This document shows positions 51,377 through 60,377 of a stretch of 64,000 nt of DNA, one piece after another. This DNA comes from Minisyncoccota bacterium (lineage in GTDB: Bacteria; Patescibacteriota; Minisyncoccia; Phycocordibacterales; DATDWN01). Made by a program: the position numbers and the translations under genes. Each line of letters opens with the position of its first letter. Positions within the stretch are counted from its first letter, which is position 1. The DNA lies in assembly GCA_041674105.1 (NCBI GenBank), contig JBAYWK010000002.1, positions 79,411 to 143,410 of the forward strand, read 5' to 3'. Below the pieces are notes generated by a model that worked only from the letters and a program-made list of their open reading frames with translations, had not been told where the DNA came from and ran no database searches.

Positions 51377-51817
51377 TTAATTGGAATTATTAGTATTAAT
51401 CGCTCCTTGTGTCGTTGTAGATAAGTCATTTTCCCCTTCTATTTGTATGGTACTAGAAGCCGTAGAAGATGAAGAAAGAGTGTCTTGTCCCAAAATCTCA
51501 TCAGTCTTATTTGTGGTAGAAGTTGAATAATAATAATTTTCTATATTATTACTTAAATCTGAAACTGTTTTACCAAGATTTCCATAACTTTCTTCTAAAG
51601 AACGGAATCCCTCCCACATATTACCCAAAAAAGCATTGGCTGGAGTTGGATCTTTTCTGATCTCAGCTTTTTTCTTACCCATATCTCTGACATCTGGATA
51701 AATAACAGAGAGCCATACAACAAAAATCAATCCTACCACAAGAAAAGAAACTAGAATTGAAAATCTTTTTTTATAAGAATCTGGTTTTTTCCTTAAATTA
51801 TCTAAATAATTAAACAT
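51377..51817 (-). CDS. hypothetical membrane-anchored protein
   Basis: LRKKP..KKR + TM + Ser/Thr-rich tail. Confidence 0.65.
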   Translation of the reverse strand: MFNYLDNLRKKPDSYKKRFSILVSFLVVGLIFVVWLSVIYPDVRDMGKKKAEIRKDPTPANAFLGNMWEGFRSLEESYGNLGKTVSDLSNNIENYYYSTSTTNKTDEILGQDTLSSSSTASSTIQIEGENDLSTTTQGAINTNNSN

Positions 51818-51838
51818 AATATAAGAAATTTAACATAC

Positions 51839-52480
51839 TTAAACACTGGATGTTATAATCATAATGTCTCCTCCTCTACCTTCCAAATCTTTCTTCTTTA
51901 GAGTTAGTTTGTCCATTTCCTCGGCTTTTTCAGCTCCAGCTTCTTTCAAAAAAGTTTTTAAGGCTTTATCATCCCCTATTCCTTCAAAATGACTCGGAAT
52001 AATAATTTTTGGTTCAAACTGAACAGCTATTTTACGAGCCAAAGAAGGTGACAGGACACCGTCTCCACCAATCGGAACAAAGAGAACATCCATACTATCC
52101 ATTTCTTCAGTCATCTTTTCTGGTATTTTTTCATCTAACATAGCTCCCAAAAAACACAAATTCATTCCTTCTAAGTTCACACTATATATAGTATTAATTC
52201 TTTTCTGTCCGCCATACTCAGAACTCGTAGCATAACCTTTTATAAAAATACCAGAGACTTCATACTCACCAGGACCTGAAATTATAAAAGATTCTTTATC
52301 GCCTCTAGAAGTAGCATCACTACCATTATGTTCTGGAGAATCAATAAGGGAAATAAGAGTTATATCGCTCCCAAAACGAGAGCTTTTGTACTTTGAATCT
52401 TTTGAGATAGGGTTTACAGCTAAAGTTATATCTCCAAAAGAAACCTTAAAAAAATCTACTCCATGGTGTGTAATTATCAT
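51839..52480 (-). CDS. MBL-fold metallo-hydrolase-like protein
   Basis: MIITHHG, ISGPGEYEV, DVLFVPIGG, EPKIIIPSHF; metal ligands degenerate. Confidence 0.8.
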   Translation of the reverse strand: MIITHHGVDFFKVSFGDITLAVNPISKDSKYKSSRFGSDITLISLIDSPEHNGSDATSRGDKESFIISGPGEYEVSGIFIKGYATSSEYGGQKRINTIYSVNLEGMNLCFLGAMLDEKIPEKMTEEMDSMDVLFVPIGGDGVLSPSLARKIAVQFEPKIIIPSHFEGIGDDKALKTFLKEAGAEKAEEMDKLTLKKKDLEGRGGDIMIITSSV

Positions 52481-52703
52481 AGTTACAAGATTATAGCACA
52501 ACCTGAAACAGATAAAAAAGAGAAAAATAAAAATTACAAAATTGCTAAAGATACAAATATATGTATAATACTTACCTGTATATTATAAGCATGCAATAAG
52601 CGCTAAACTTCTCTCACCTACCAAATGTAGACCGTGAGTCCTAATCTATCAATTATGGTAGAAAGCACTCCGAGATAAGCCGTTTATAGCAATATACAAT
52701 CTA

Positions 52704-53855
52704 ATGGCTAAAACAATAGAAGAAGAAAAAGATTTAGAAGTAGCAGAAGAGATAAAACCTAAAAAAGAAGGTTTTATGTCAAAAATGATTAACTCTACTG
52801 GCACACCACCATCTGTGGAAGATGTTATAGAGGGAGTCGTTATTGGTATTGAAAAATCATCTGTATATATAGACATACCACCTTTTGGCACAGGTATTAT
52901 ATACGGAAGAGAATTTATAAACGCTAGAGATATAATAAAAAAGATAAATGTCGGAGACTCTGTTGCCGGCAAGGTTGTCAGTATCTCAAACAAAGATGGT
53001 TATATAGAAATTTCTCTAAAAGAAGCTCGCCAGGCCCTTATTTGGGGTGAAGCAGAAGAGGCTATCAGAGAAAAAAGAATATACGAGATTCCTGTCCAAG
53101 AAGCAAACAAAGGAGGACTGCTCCTTTCATGGCAAGGTATATCTGGTTTTCTTCCAGCATCACAACTAAAGACAGAACATTATCCTAGAGTTGCCGATGG
53201 GGATAAAGACAGGATTTTAGAAGAACTTAGAAAATTGGTTGGTCAAAAAATATCAGTTTCTATAATAGGAGCTTCTCCAAAAGAAGGAAAACTTATATTC
53301 TCTGAGAAGAATCCTGAACAAAAAAGCAAAGAACATATAATAGATAGATACGAAGTTGGAGATACTGTCACAGGAGAAGTCACAGGAATGGTTGATTTTG
53401 GAGTATTTATAAAACTAGAAGAAGGCCTAGAAGGGCTTGTTCACATTTCTGAAATAGACTGGGCTTTAGTTGAAAATCCAAAACTATTGTTTAGAATCGG
53501 AGAGAAAATAAAAGTTAAAATAATAGAAATAAAAGACGGAAAAATATCACTTTCTATAAAAGCTTTGAAAGAAAATCCTTGGGGTGAAGCCGAAAAGAAA
53601 TATAAAAAAGATGATATTGTGGATGGAGTTATAATAAAATTCAATAAACATGGAGCTTTAGCTTCTATTGAAGAAGGTGTAGCTGGGCTTGTTCACATTT
53701 CAGAATTCGGTAGTGAAGAAAAAGTAAAAAGTACACTTGAACTTGGTAAAAGCTATAAGTTTAAAATAACTTTGTTTGAACCAAAAGAACAAAAAATGAC
53801 TTTATCCTATGTAGATCCTAATAAAAAAGAGGAAGCTGTAGAAGAAATAAAATAA
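52704..53855 (+). CDS. rpsA: 30S ribosomal protein S1 (4 S1 domains)
   Basis: NKGGL, GFLPASQL, DFGVFI..EGLVHISE repeats. Confidence 0.93.
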   Translation: MAKTIEEEKDLEVAEEIKPKKEGFMSKMINSTGTPPSVEDVIEGVVIGIEKSSVYIDIPPFGTGIIYGREFINARDIIKKINVGDSVAGKVVSISNKDGYIEISLKEARQALIWGEAEEAIREKRIYEIPVQEANKGGLLLSWQGISGFLPASQLKTEHYPRVADGDKDRILEELRKLVGQKISVSIIGASPKEGKLIFSEKNPEQKSKEHIIDRYEVGDTVTGEVTGMVDFGVFIKLEEGLEGLVHISEIDWALVENPKLLFRIGEKIKVKIIEIKDGKISLSIKALKENPWGEAEKKYKKDDIVDGVIIKFNKHGALASIEEGVAGLVHISEFGSEEKVKSTLELGKSYKFKITLFEPKEQKMTLSYVDPNKKEEAVEEIK

Positions 53856-53858
53856 AAC

Positions 53859-53884
53859 TAAAAAACACCGAAAGGTGTTTTTTA
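53859..53884. terminator. bidirectional terminator rpsA/pth
   Basis: aaaaaacacc-gaaa-ggtgtttttt. Confidence 0.8.
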
Positions 53885-54469
53885 ATTAAACTCGGTCATT
53901 GTTTTTTCCAATCCAAATTCCACTAGATTCACTAAAGCTTCGGATACTTTTTTTGATTTCTTTTTTAAAACCTTAATTTCATCAGGACTAAATTTTCCTA
54001 ATATGAATTTCATTACTTTTTCTTCACCTGTTGGTTTTTTTATTTTTCCAGTTGGGGTTTTTGGAGATATTCCTATTCTAATTCTCGTAAAATTCTTTGT
54101 TTTGATTGATTTTATTATAGACTCCAGTCCTCTGTGTCCTCCTGAAGATCTATTGTGAGAAACTTTTTCTTTATCAAAAGGTAAGTCAAGGTCATCGTAA
54201 ATAACCACGAGTTTTTCTGCTTTTTTAGGATTATTCACTAAATCTTTTAGTGCTTTACCAGAATTATTCATAAAAGTATCTGGTAAAACTAAAGTCACGG
54301 GACTTTTACCTATTTTGGTTTTTGCTACCTGAGCATTTATTTTTTTATCGTAAACAAAAGAGGTTTTTTTGTCTTCAGCAAACCAGCTAAGCATCATCTT
54401 GCCTACATTATGACGAGTATTTTCATATTCTTCTCCAGGATTTCCTAGACCAACAAATATGTAAGACAT
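53882..54469 (-). CDS. pth: peptidyl-tRNA hydrolase
   Basis: VGLGNPG..Y..TRHNVG, TFMNNSG, YDDLDL, GGHRGL. Confidence 0.96.
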   Translation of the reverse strand: MSYIFVGLGNPGEEYENTRHNVGKMMLSWFAEDKKTSFVYDKKINAQVAKTKIGKSPVTLVLPDTFMNNSGKALKDLVNNPKKAEKLVVIYDDLDLPFDKEKVSHNRSSGGHRGLESIIKSIKTKNFTRIRIGISPKTPTGKIKKPTGEEKVMKFILGKFSPDEIKVLKKKSKKVSEALVNLVEFGLEKTMTEFN

Positions 54470-54553
54470 TTGAGAAATATCATATCATAAAAAAAAATAT
54501 ATACAATGCAAAAAGATATTGTGTCAACCGAAGATTGTCTGTATACTATCTGA

Positions 54554-55159
54554 ATGAATGAAGAATTAAATACTTCTCAAAATACTCCTCTACCAAAGAA
54601 AGAAAAGATAACTCTGAAATCTATCTTAAAAGAAATCATTATCTTTTCTGTTATAGCTTTTGGAATAGTATTGCCTTTTAGATATTTCATAGCTGAACCT
54701 TATGTTGTCTCAGGTGAATCAATGAGTCCTACTTTTGAATCAGGTGACTACCTTATAGTAGAAAAAATTTCCGTAAAGAACGGCGGTCCAGAACGCGATG
54801 ATGTTATAGTTTTTAACTTCCCTGACCCAAATAATAGTATTCAAGGTGAAAGAAATTTAATAAAAAGAGTAATCGGCTTACCTGGAGAAACCCTAACTAT
54901 GGACGGAACAAAAATAACTATCAAAAATGACTCTAACCCAGATGGTTTCGTTTTACCAGAAACTTATATTGTAAACCAATCTCCTAGTAGCTTTACTGTG
55001 ACACTTGGAGCTGATGAATATTTTGTTATGGGAGATAATAGACCAAAAAGTTATGATTCTAGATCTTGGGGAACCTTAAATGAAAAAGAAATTGTAGGTA
55101 AGCCGTTGTTTAGACTCCTACCTTTTCAAAAAATCAGTTTAAAACCAGGTCACATATAA
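54554..55159 (+). CDS. lepB: signal peptidase I
   Basis: SGESMSPT, IKRVIGLPGE, VMGDNR..SYDSR. Confidence 0.96.
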   Translation: MNEELNTSQNTPLPKKEKITLKSILKEIIIFSVIAFGIVLPFRYFIAEPYVVSGESMSPTFESGDYLIVEKISVKNGGPERDDVIVFNFPDPNNSIQGERNLIKRVIGLPGETLTMDGTKITIKNDSNPDGFVLPETYIVNQSPSSFTVTLGADEYFVMGDNRPKSYDSRSWGTLNEKEIVGKPLFRLLPFQKISLKPGHI

Positions 55160-55171
55160 AAGTAAGAAAAT

Positions 55172-56347
55172 ATGAATAACAACAAACCGGAAAAAAAATA
55201 TCTACTTACTGAGACAGATAAGGTTGGAGAAACAGCTATTCAATATGGTTTTACAGGAATAATCCCTCCGACAATAACACCAGATATACATAAAAAAGCT
55301 AAAACTTTTAAGGAATTTGATTTTTACGGAGATTGTGAGGAAAAAATAGCTATGCTGGATTGGTATGACGAAAAAAAGCTTTATTCTGAGCAACAACCAA
55401 TAATGGTTTTTTACAAAAAACCTCTCCAAGGAAGTGGCCAAAGGAAGAAACCAAAAGAAGATTCGTACGGTCTAGAAATAATGGGTTCAAATAGAAGTAC
55501 TAGCGAGGCTTTATGTATAAAAACTGCCATTGCAATACTAAATGACTCGGGTCATAAAGATATTTATGTAGATATAAACAGTATTGGAGACAAAGAATCT
55601 ATTTCTAAATTTGAAAAAGAGCTTCATAACTATTGCAGGAAAAATGGACAAACCCTTAACTCTAAAATAAAAAATGAAGCTAAAAAAAACATTTACTCCA
55701 TAGTCAGAGAAACATGTGAGCTTCCAGAAGGACTTCCTCAATCTATAGGATCTTTATCTGAAATAGGCAGAGCCTACTTTAAAGAAACATTGGAATATCT
55801 AGAAGCTTTTGAAGTGCCATACAAAATAAGATCTCAAATCATCAGTAATAAAATGTATTCCACCCACACAGTCTTTGAGATAAGAGCATTTTCAAATAAA
55901 AAGGAAGAAGGTGAGTTGCTGGCCTACGGTTATAGATATAACTCCCTAGCTAAAAAAATAGGATTAAAAAAGGAAATACCCTGCATAGGATGCACCTTGA
56001 TACTAAAAAATAATAAAAACACAAAGAAAGTTATAATTAAAAATATTAAAAAACCTATTTTTTATCTTGTTCAACTTGGAAATACAGCAAAATTAAAAGC
56101 TTTAAATATTGTAGAATTTTTGAGAAAAAATAAAATCCCGGTTTACCATTCTTTAACAAAAGACAAGATAACCGGACAGCTCACCGGAGCAGAATATATG
56201 CACGCTACCCATGTACTAATAATAGGACAGAAAGAAGCCATAGAAGACAGCGTAGTTGTTAGAAATATATCAAACAGAGAACAAGAAACTGTAGCCGTAA
56301 AGGATTTACCTGAATTTCTGAGAAAATTAGAGAAATTGGCTAAATAA
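55172..56347 (+). CDS. degenerate histidyl-tRNA synthetase paralog with HGTP anticodon-binding domain
   Basis: GLEIMG, VDINSIGD, THTVFEI, LAYGYRYN, QL..AE..IIGQKE; class II motif 2 Arg and RGLDYY lost. Confidence 0.75.
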   Translation: MNNNKPEKKYLLTETDKVGETAIQYGFTGIIPPTITPDIHKKAKTFKEFDFYGDCEEKIAMLDWYDEKKLYSEQQPIMVFYKKPLQGSGQRKKPKEDSYGLEIMGSNRSTSEALCIKTAIAILNDSGHKDIYVDINSIGDKESISKFEKELHNYCRKNGQTLNSKIKNEAKKNIYSIVRETCELPEGLPQSIGSLSEIGRAYFKETLEYLEAFEVPYKIRSQIISNKMYSTHTVFEIRAFSNKKEEGELLAYGYRYNSLAKKIGLKKEIPCIGCTLILKNNKNTKKVIIKNIKKPIFYLVQLGNTAKLKALNIVEFLRKNKIPVYHSLTKDKITGQLTGAEYMHATHVLIIGQKEAIEDSVVVRNISNREQETVAVKDLPEFLRKLEKLAK

Positions 56348-56384
56348 CTTGAATTCAATAGTTCCCTATGTTATAGTACTCCCC

Positions 56385-56630
56385 ATGACAGTAAACGTAG
56401 AAGTAACAAAAACAGGCAACGAAAACAACCTAAACCTTATCCGCAGATTCACAAAAAGAGTCCAAGGGTCAGGTGTTTTACCCCGTGTTAGAAGTATCAG
56501 ATATTCTTCTAGAAAAGCATCTGAATATGTAAAAAAGAAAAAAGCTTTGAAAGTTTTGAAAAGAAGAGAAGAAGTGGCTGAACTTATCAAACTGGGTAAA
56601 ATGACTGAATTTAGTAGAGGAAGAAAATAA
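56385..56630 (+). CDS. rpsU: 30S ribosomal protein S21
   Basis: VEVTK..NEN..LIRRFTKRVQGSGVL..R. Confidence 0.75.
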   Translation: MTVNVEVTKTGNENNLNLIRRFTKRVQGSGVLPRVRSIRYSSRKASEYVKKKKALKVLKRREEVAELIKLGKMTEFSRGRK

Positions 56631-57019
56631 TGTCCACTTTTGAGACATTTGGAATAACAAACAAAACGAAAAGCACGCCTCCTAGCGTGCCTTTTCTGGC
56701 CATAAAAAATAAAGCTTTAGGTAAAAAATATAATCTCAGTCTAGTATTTATAGGAGAGAGAAAATCCAAAACTCTAAATAAAACTTACAGACAGAAAGAT
56801 AAATCGACAAATATATTAAGTTTTACCCTAGACAAAGATGAAGGAGAAATTTTTATAACACTAAAAAAATCTGAAAGAGATGCAAAAAAATTTGACAGAA
56901 ATTTCACAAATTTTATAGCATTTTTATTTATCCACGGTTTAATGCATTTGAAAGGATTCGATCATGGTAGTACAATGGAGAAAGCAGAGGAAAAATTGCG
57001 AAAACAATTTAGTATTTAG
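56630..57019 (+). CDS. ybeY: rRNA maturation endoribonuclease YbeY
   Basis: LNKTYRQKDKSTNILSF, HGLMHLKGFDH. Confidence 0.93.
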   Translation: MSTFETFGITNKTKSTPPSVPFLAIKNKALGKKYNLSLVFIGERKSKTLNKTYRQKDKSTNILSFTLDKDEGEIFITLKKSERDAKKFDRNFTNFIAFLFIHGLMHLKGFDHGSTMEKAEEKLRKQFSI

Positions 57020-57060
57020 TGATGCACTAAATAATACCCCTCTACTTTCTTTGTTTAATT

Positions 57061-58242
57061 ATGATGCACAACATTACAGTTGGTATAGATATTGGTACCT
57101 ACCAGATAAAAGTGGTGGTAGCAGAACTCGTTAAAAACGGGAACAAAAGCGTTCCGCGTATTATTGCTACTGGACTGACAGAATCAAAAGGAATGCGTCA
57201 TGGTTATATTCTAAATGTTGCTGATGTCACAGCGAGTATAAACGCAGCAGTAGCTCAAGCAGAAAAAACAGCAGGAATAAAAATCCGAAAGGCTTTTATA
57301 GCAATAGGTGGTATTGGTCTACAAGGGATTACTTCTACTGGAAATATTGTTATTAGCAGAGCAGACTTGGAGATAACAAATTTGGATATAGATAAAGTTT
57401 CAGAAATATGCGAGCAAGATATTCCTCCCACCCTAATTCAAAACCGAAAAATACTCCACGCCATTCCTCTTTCCTATAAAATAGACGGCAAATCTGTCCC
57501 AACTAAAACACCCTTAGGAATGAAAGGTGTAAAACTGGAAGTAAAAACTCTTTTTGTTACTTGCCTTGAACCTCATCTAAACGACCTAATGCAAGCACTG
57601 GACGATGCAAATATTTATGTGTCAGATGTAATGGCCTCTCCTCTCGCTGCTAGTTTTGTAACCCTAAATAAAACCCAGAAAATTGCTGGATGTGTTTTGG
57701 CAAATATAGGTGCCGAAACTATTTCCATAGTGGTTTATGAAAATAACATCCCAATATCTTTGGAAGTTTTTCCTATCGGTTCAAACGACATTACAAACGA
57801 CATTGCTTTAGGTTTAAAAATTCCTCTTGAAGAAGCTGAAAATATAAAAATCGGTAGTGTAGGAAGCCAAAACTACCCAAAAAAGAAATTGGAGGAAATT
57901 ATAAATGCTAGACTCTCCGATATGTTTGAGCTTATAGAAAACCATTTAAAAAAGATTTCTAGAAATGGACTTTTGCCAGCCGGTATCCTTATCACAGGTG
58001 GTGGTGGAAATATTGGAACAATAGAAGATTTAGCCAAAGCAGCTCTAAAAATACCCTCTCGTATTGCAAAACTAAATTTGCCCGAACAAAAAAACAGAGT
58101 CAAAGATTCTACTTGGGCTGTGGCCTATGGACTATGCGTACTAGGTTTTTCTGATGAAGGTAAAGATACTCTTGGAAACAGAGGAAAAGCTTCTGATGCT
58201 TGGGGTAAAATAGGTAAATGGCTTAAGCAATTTCTTCCATAA
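57061..58242 (+). CDS. ftsA: cell division protein FtsA
   Basis: GIDIGT, NIGAET, PIGSNDITNDIA, ITGGG. Confidence 0.95.
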   Translation: MMHNITVGIDIGTYQIKVVVAELVKNGNKSVPRIIATGLTESKGMRHGYILNVADVTASINAAVAQAEKTAGIKIRKAFIAIGGIGLQGITSTGNIVISRADLEITNLDIDKVSEICEQDIPPTLIQNRKILHAIPLSYKIDGKSVPTKTPLGMKGVKLEVKTLFVTCLEPHLNDLMQALDDANIYVSDVMASPLAASFVTLNKTQKIAGCVLANIGAETISIVVYENNIPISLEVFPIGSNDITNDIALGLKIPLEEAENIKIGSVGSQNYPKKKLEEIINARLSDMFELIENHLKKISRNGLLPAGILITGGGGNIGTIEDLAKAALKIPSRIAKLNLPEQKNRVKDSTWAVAYGLCVLGFSDEGKDTLGNRGKASDAWGKIGKWLKQFLP

Positions 58243-58276
58243 AAAAACCGGTACCCCTTCCTTGGTACCGGTTTTG
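58243..58276. terminator. terminator between ftsA and inserted ORF
   Basis: aaaaccggtacc-ccttcctt-ggtaccggtttt. Confidence 0.75.
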
Positions 58277-58315
58277 AAAAATCCCCTCTGCGAACTTAAA
58301 TTTCCTTCCCAGATT

Positions 58316-58684
58316 TCAGTTCGTTCTAGATGCCCTTATGGCATCTTTGGCGACGCCGAGCGCCAGCCGGAGACAACCCATTGAGTACACCGCGTCCCCC
58401 CCGCAAGTTGTGAGGCGAACCTCTTCGAGAGGCACTCCGCACAAAATGTGCTGGAATAGGATCTCCTTTTGAACGCAGGTTAGACCTGCGCGCTGGGCGA
58501 TCCTCTCAAAAGCCTTTTTCTTATGAAAAAAACTTTCTTTGGGTTCTCTCACGGAAAACCCTCGTAAAGGGCTGGGTTCGGGGTCTGGATCCACCCCAAA
58601 ATCTTCGGCAAGGTCTGCTGGCGTAACATCCAGCAGAGCGACAGATCCCGGCTTTTTCCAGGAACCAATTATTGTATGCAACAT
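58316..58684 (-). CDS. hypothetical GC-rich protein (possible HTH C-terminus)
   Basis: 122-aa ORF with AAAGGA RBS, visibly higher GC than flanks. Confidence 0.55.
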   Translation of the reverse strand: MLHTIIGSWKKPGSVALLDVTPADLAEDFGVDPDPEPSPLRGFSVREPKESFFHKKKAFERIAQRAGLTCVQKEILFQHILCGVPLEEVRLTTCGGDAVYSMGCLRLALGVAKDAIRASRTN

Positions 58685-58890
58685 GAAATTTTCCTTTCAA
58701 TTTTCCTTCCAGTGAACATGTTTGCAACCTCTTACTTTCGTAAAAAGGCTACATTTCTGGCTTTTATTATACTCTTTTGGACAAGGGGTGTCAATTGTTT
58801 CTATTTGATAACTTTTCTGATACTATAGGGTGGAATTTCTAGTACACAGATGTTCGATTTTACTGGACAAATTAATACACAAACACCACT

Positions 58891-60051
58891 ATGCCACAAA
58901 TAAAAACAGATGTAGAAGCATTCGCAAGAATAAAAGTTTTAGGTATCGGAGGATCTGGAAAAAATGCTCTGAATTACATGATCAACTCTAAAGTAAAAGG
59001 AGTGGATTTTATTGCTATAAACACAGACTCACAAGACTTGCATCATTCACTTGCAAAGAAAAAAATCCACATTGGTAAAAACTTAACCCGTGGTCTTGGT
59101 GCTGGTATGAATCCCGAGCTTGGAAAGAGAGCTGTGGAAGAAACTAAAGAAGAAATCCAAGAAGCAGTAAAAGGAGCAGATATGGTGTTTATATCTGGTG
59201 GATTAGGTGGTGGAACATGTACTGGAGCCGCTCCTATTGTGGCTCGCATTTCAAAAGAAATGGGAGCTTTAACTGTGGCTGTAGTGACAAAGCCTTTCTT
59301 TTTTGAAGGACCACAAAGAATGAACTTGGCTGAAGCCGGACTAGATGAACTAAGACAAGCTGTAGATGCTATTATTGTCATTCCAAATGATAGACTTTTG
59401 TCCACTATTTCAAAAGAAACGACTGCTAAAAATGCTTTTGCTATTTGTGATGATGTTTTGAAATCTGCTGTAGAAGGTATATCTGACCTTATTACAAACC
59501 CGGGTATAATCAACATAGACTTCGCCGATATAAAAGCTGTTATGGAAAATGCCGGACCTGCCCTTATGGGTATTGGTACTGCTACAGGAGAGAAAAGAGC
59601 TGAAGAAGCAGCAAAGATGGCTATAAACTCACCTCTTTTGGAAGTTTCTATAAACGGAGCAAAAGGTCTTCTGTTTTCCATTGCTGGTGGAGATGACCTA
59701 GGAATGTTTGAAATACAAGACGCAGCCAAAATAATTACTGAATCTGTAGATCCAAATGCCAAAATTATTTTTGGAACAGTCAAAGATGACAAACTTAAAA
59801 AAGGAGAAGTTAAAATAACTGTTATTGCTTCAAACTTCCCAGAAAATTTTACAAAGAAAACTCTTTTCCAAAGCCAACCAATGAGACAATCTTCTGACAC
59901 AAATGATTTTGAAGAAGACAAAGGCAAAATATACAACTCCGTACCGGCTCCAAAAATAGAAGAGGAAGTAAAAGAAAATAAAAAGGATGACGATGATGAT
60001 GACGAATGGGGAGCTGTCCCTGCATTTCTTAGGAGATCAAAAATTAAGTAA
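58891..60051 (+). CDS. ftsZ: cell division protein FtsZ
   Basis: TRGLGAG, GLGGGTCTG, NIDFAD, C-terminal VPAFLRR. Confidence 0.98.
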   Translation: MPQIKTDVEAFARIKVLGIGGSGKNALNYMINSKVKGVDFIAINTDSQDLHHSLAKKKIHIGKNLTRGLGAGMNPELGKRAVEETKEEIQEAVKGADMVFISGGLGGGTCTGAAPIVARISKEMGALTVAVVTKPFFFEGPQRMNLAEAGLDELRQAVDAIIVIPNDRLLSTISKETTAKNAFAICDDVLKSAVEGISDLITNPGIINIDFADIKAVMENAGPALMGIGTATGEKRAEEAAKMAINSPLLEVSINGAKGLLFSIAGGDDLGMFEIQDAAKIITESVDPNAKIIFGTVKDDKLKKGEVKITVIASNFPENFTKKTLFQSQPMRQSSDTNDFEEDKGKIYNSVPAPKIEEEVKENKKDDDDDDEWGAVPAFLRRSKIK

Positions 60052-60056
60052 AGTAG

Positions 60057-60273
60057 AAACTACAATAATTTCTCATCGTCCTCGATTTTTATAAAACAAT
60101 AAGCTCAAAGCTTGCCTCCTGCCAAACTCGCTACGCACCACAAGAGTACTTCTTGTATTTCTAATTCACTTTGTTCATAAGAAAACAATGTCGCTCAAAC
60201 AGTGTCTTCGGCTGGCGCTTCTCGCTTTTGTTTTAGCTAAAAATCTGCGAATGATTCTAAATTATTGTAGTTT
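60057..60273. repeat. palindromic (REP/MITE-like) element, copy 2 with internal insert
   Basis: core homologous to 48510-48666; own TIRs aaactacaataattt / aaattattgtagttt. Confidence 0.8.
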
Positions 60274-60377
60274 TTGGTGACTGTGAAAATTAATATCCTG
60301 TGCAATGTTTTTAAAAAGATTATTTTCTCTGGTTAGTTTTTGGTCATTAGACCAAACTAATATATAATAAACTGACT

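Noticed and set aside
59043-59936. 297-aa ORF antisense to ftsZ (and similar shadows on the P-type ATPase, clpB, gyrA, dus, ABC transporter)
   Set aside because: Fully overlapping antisense shadows of conserved genes with no independent motifs.
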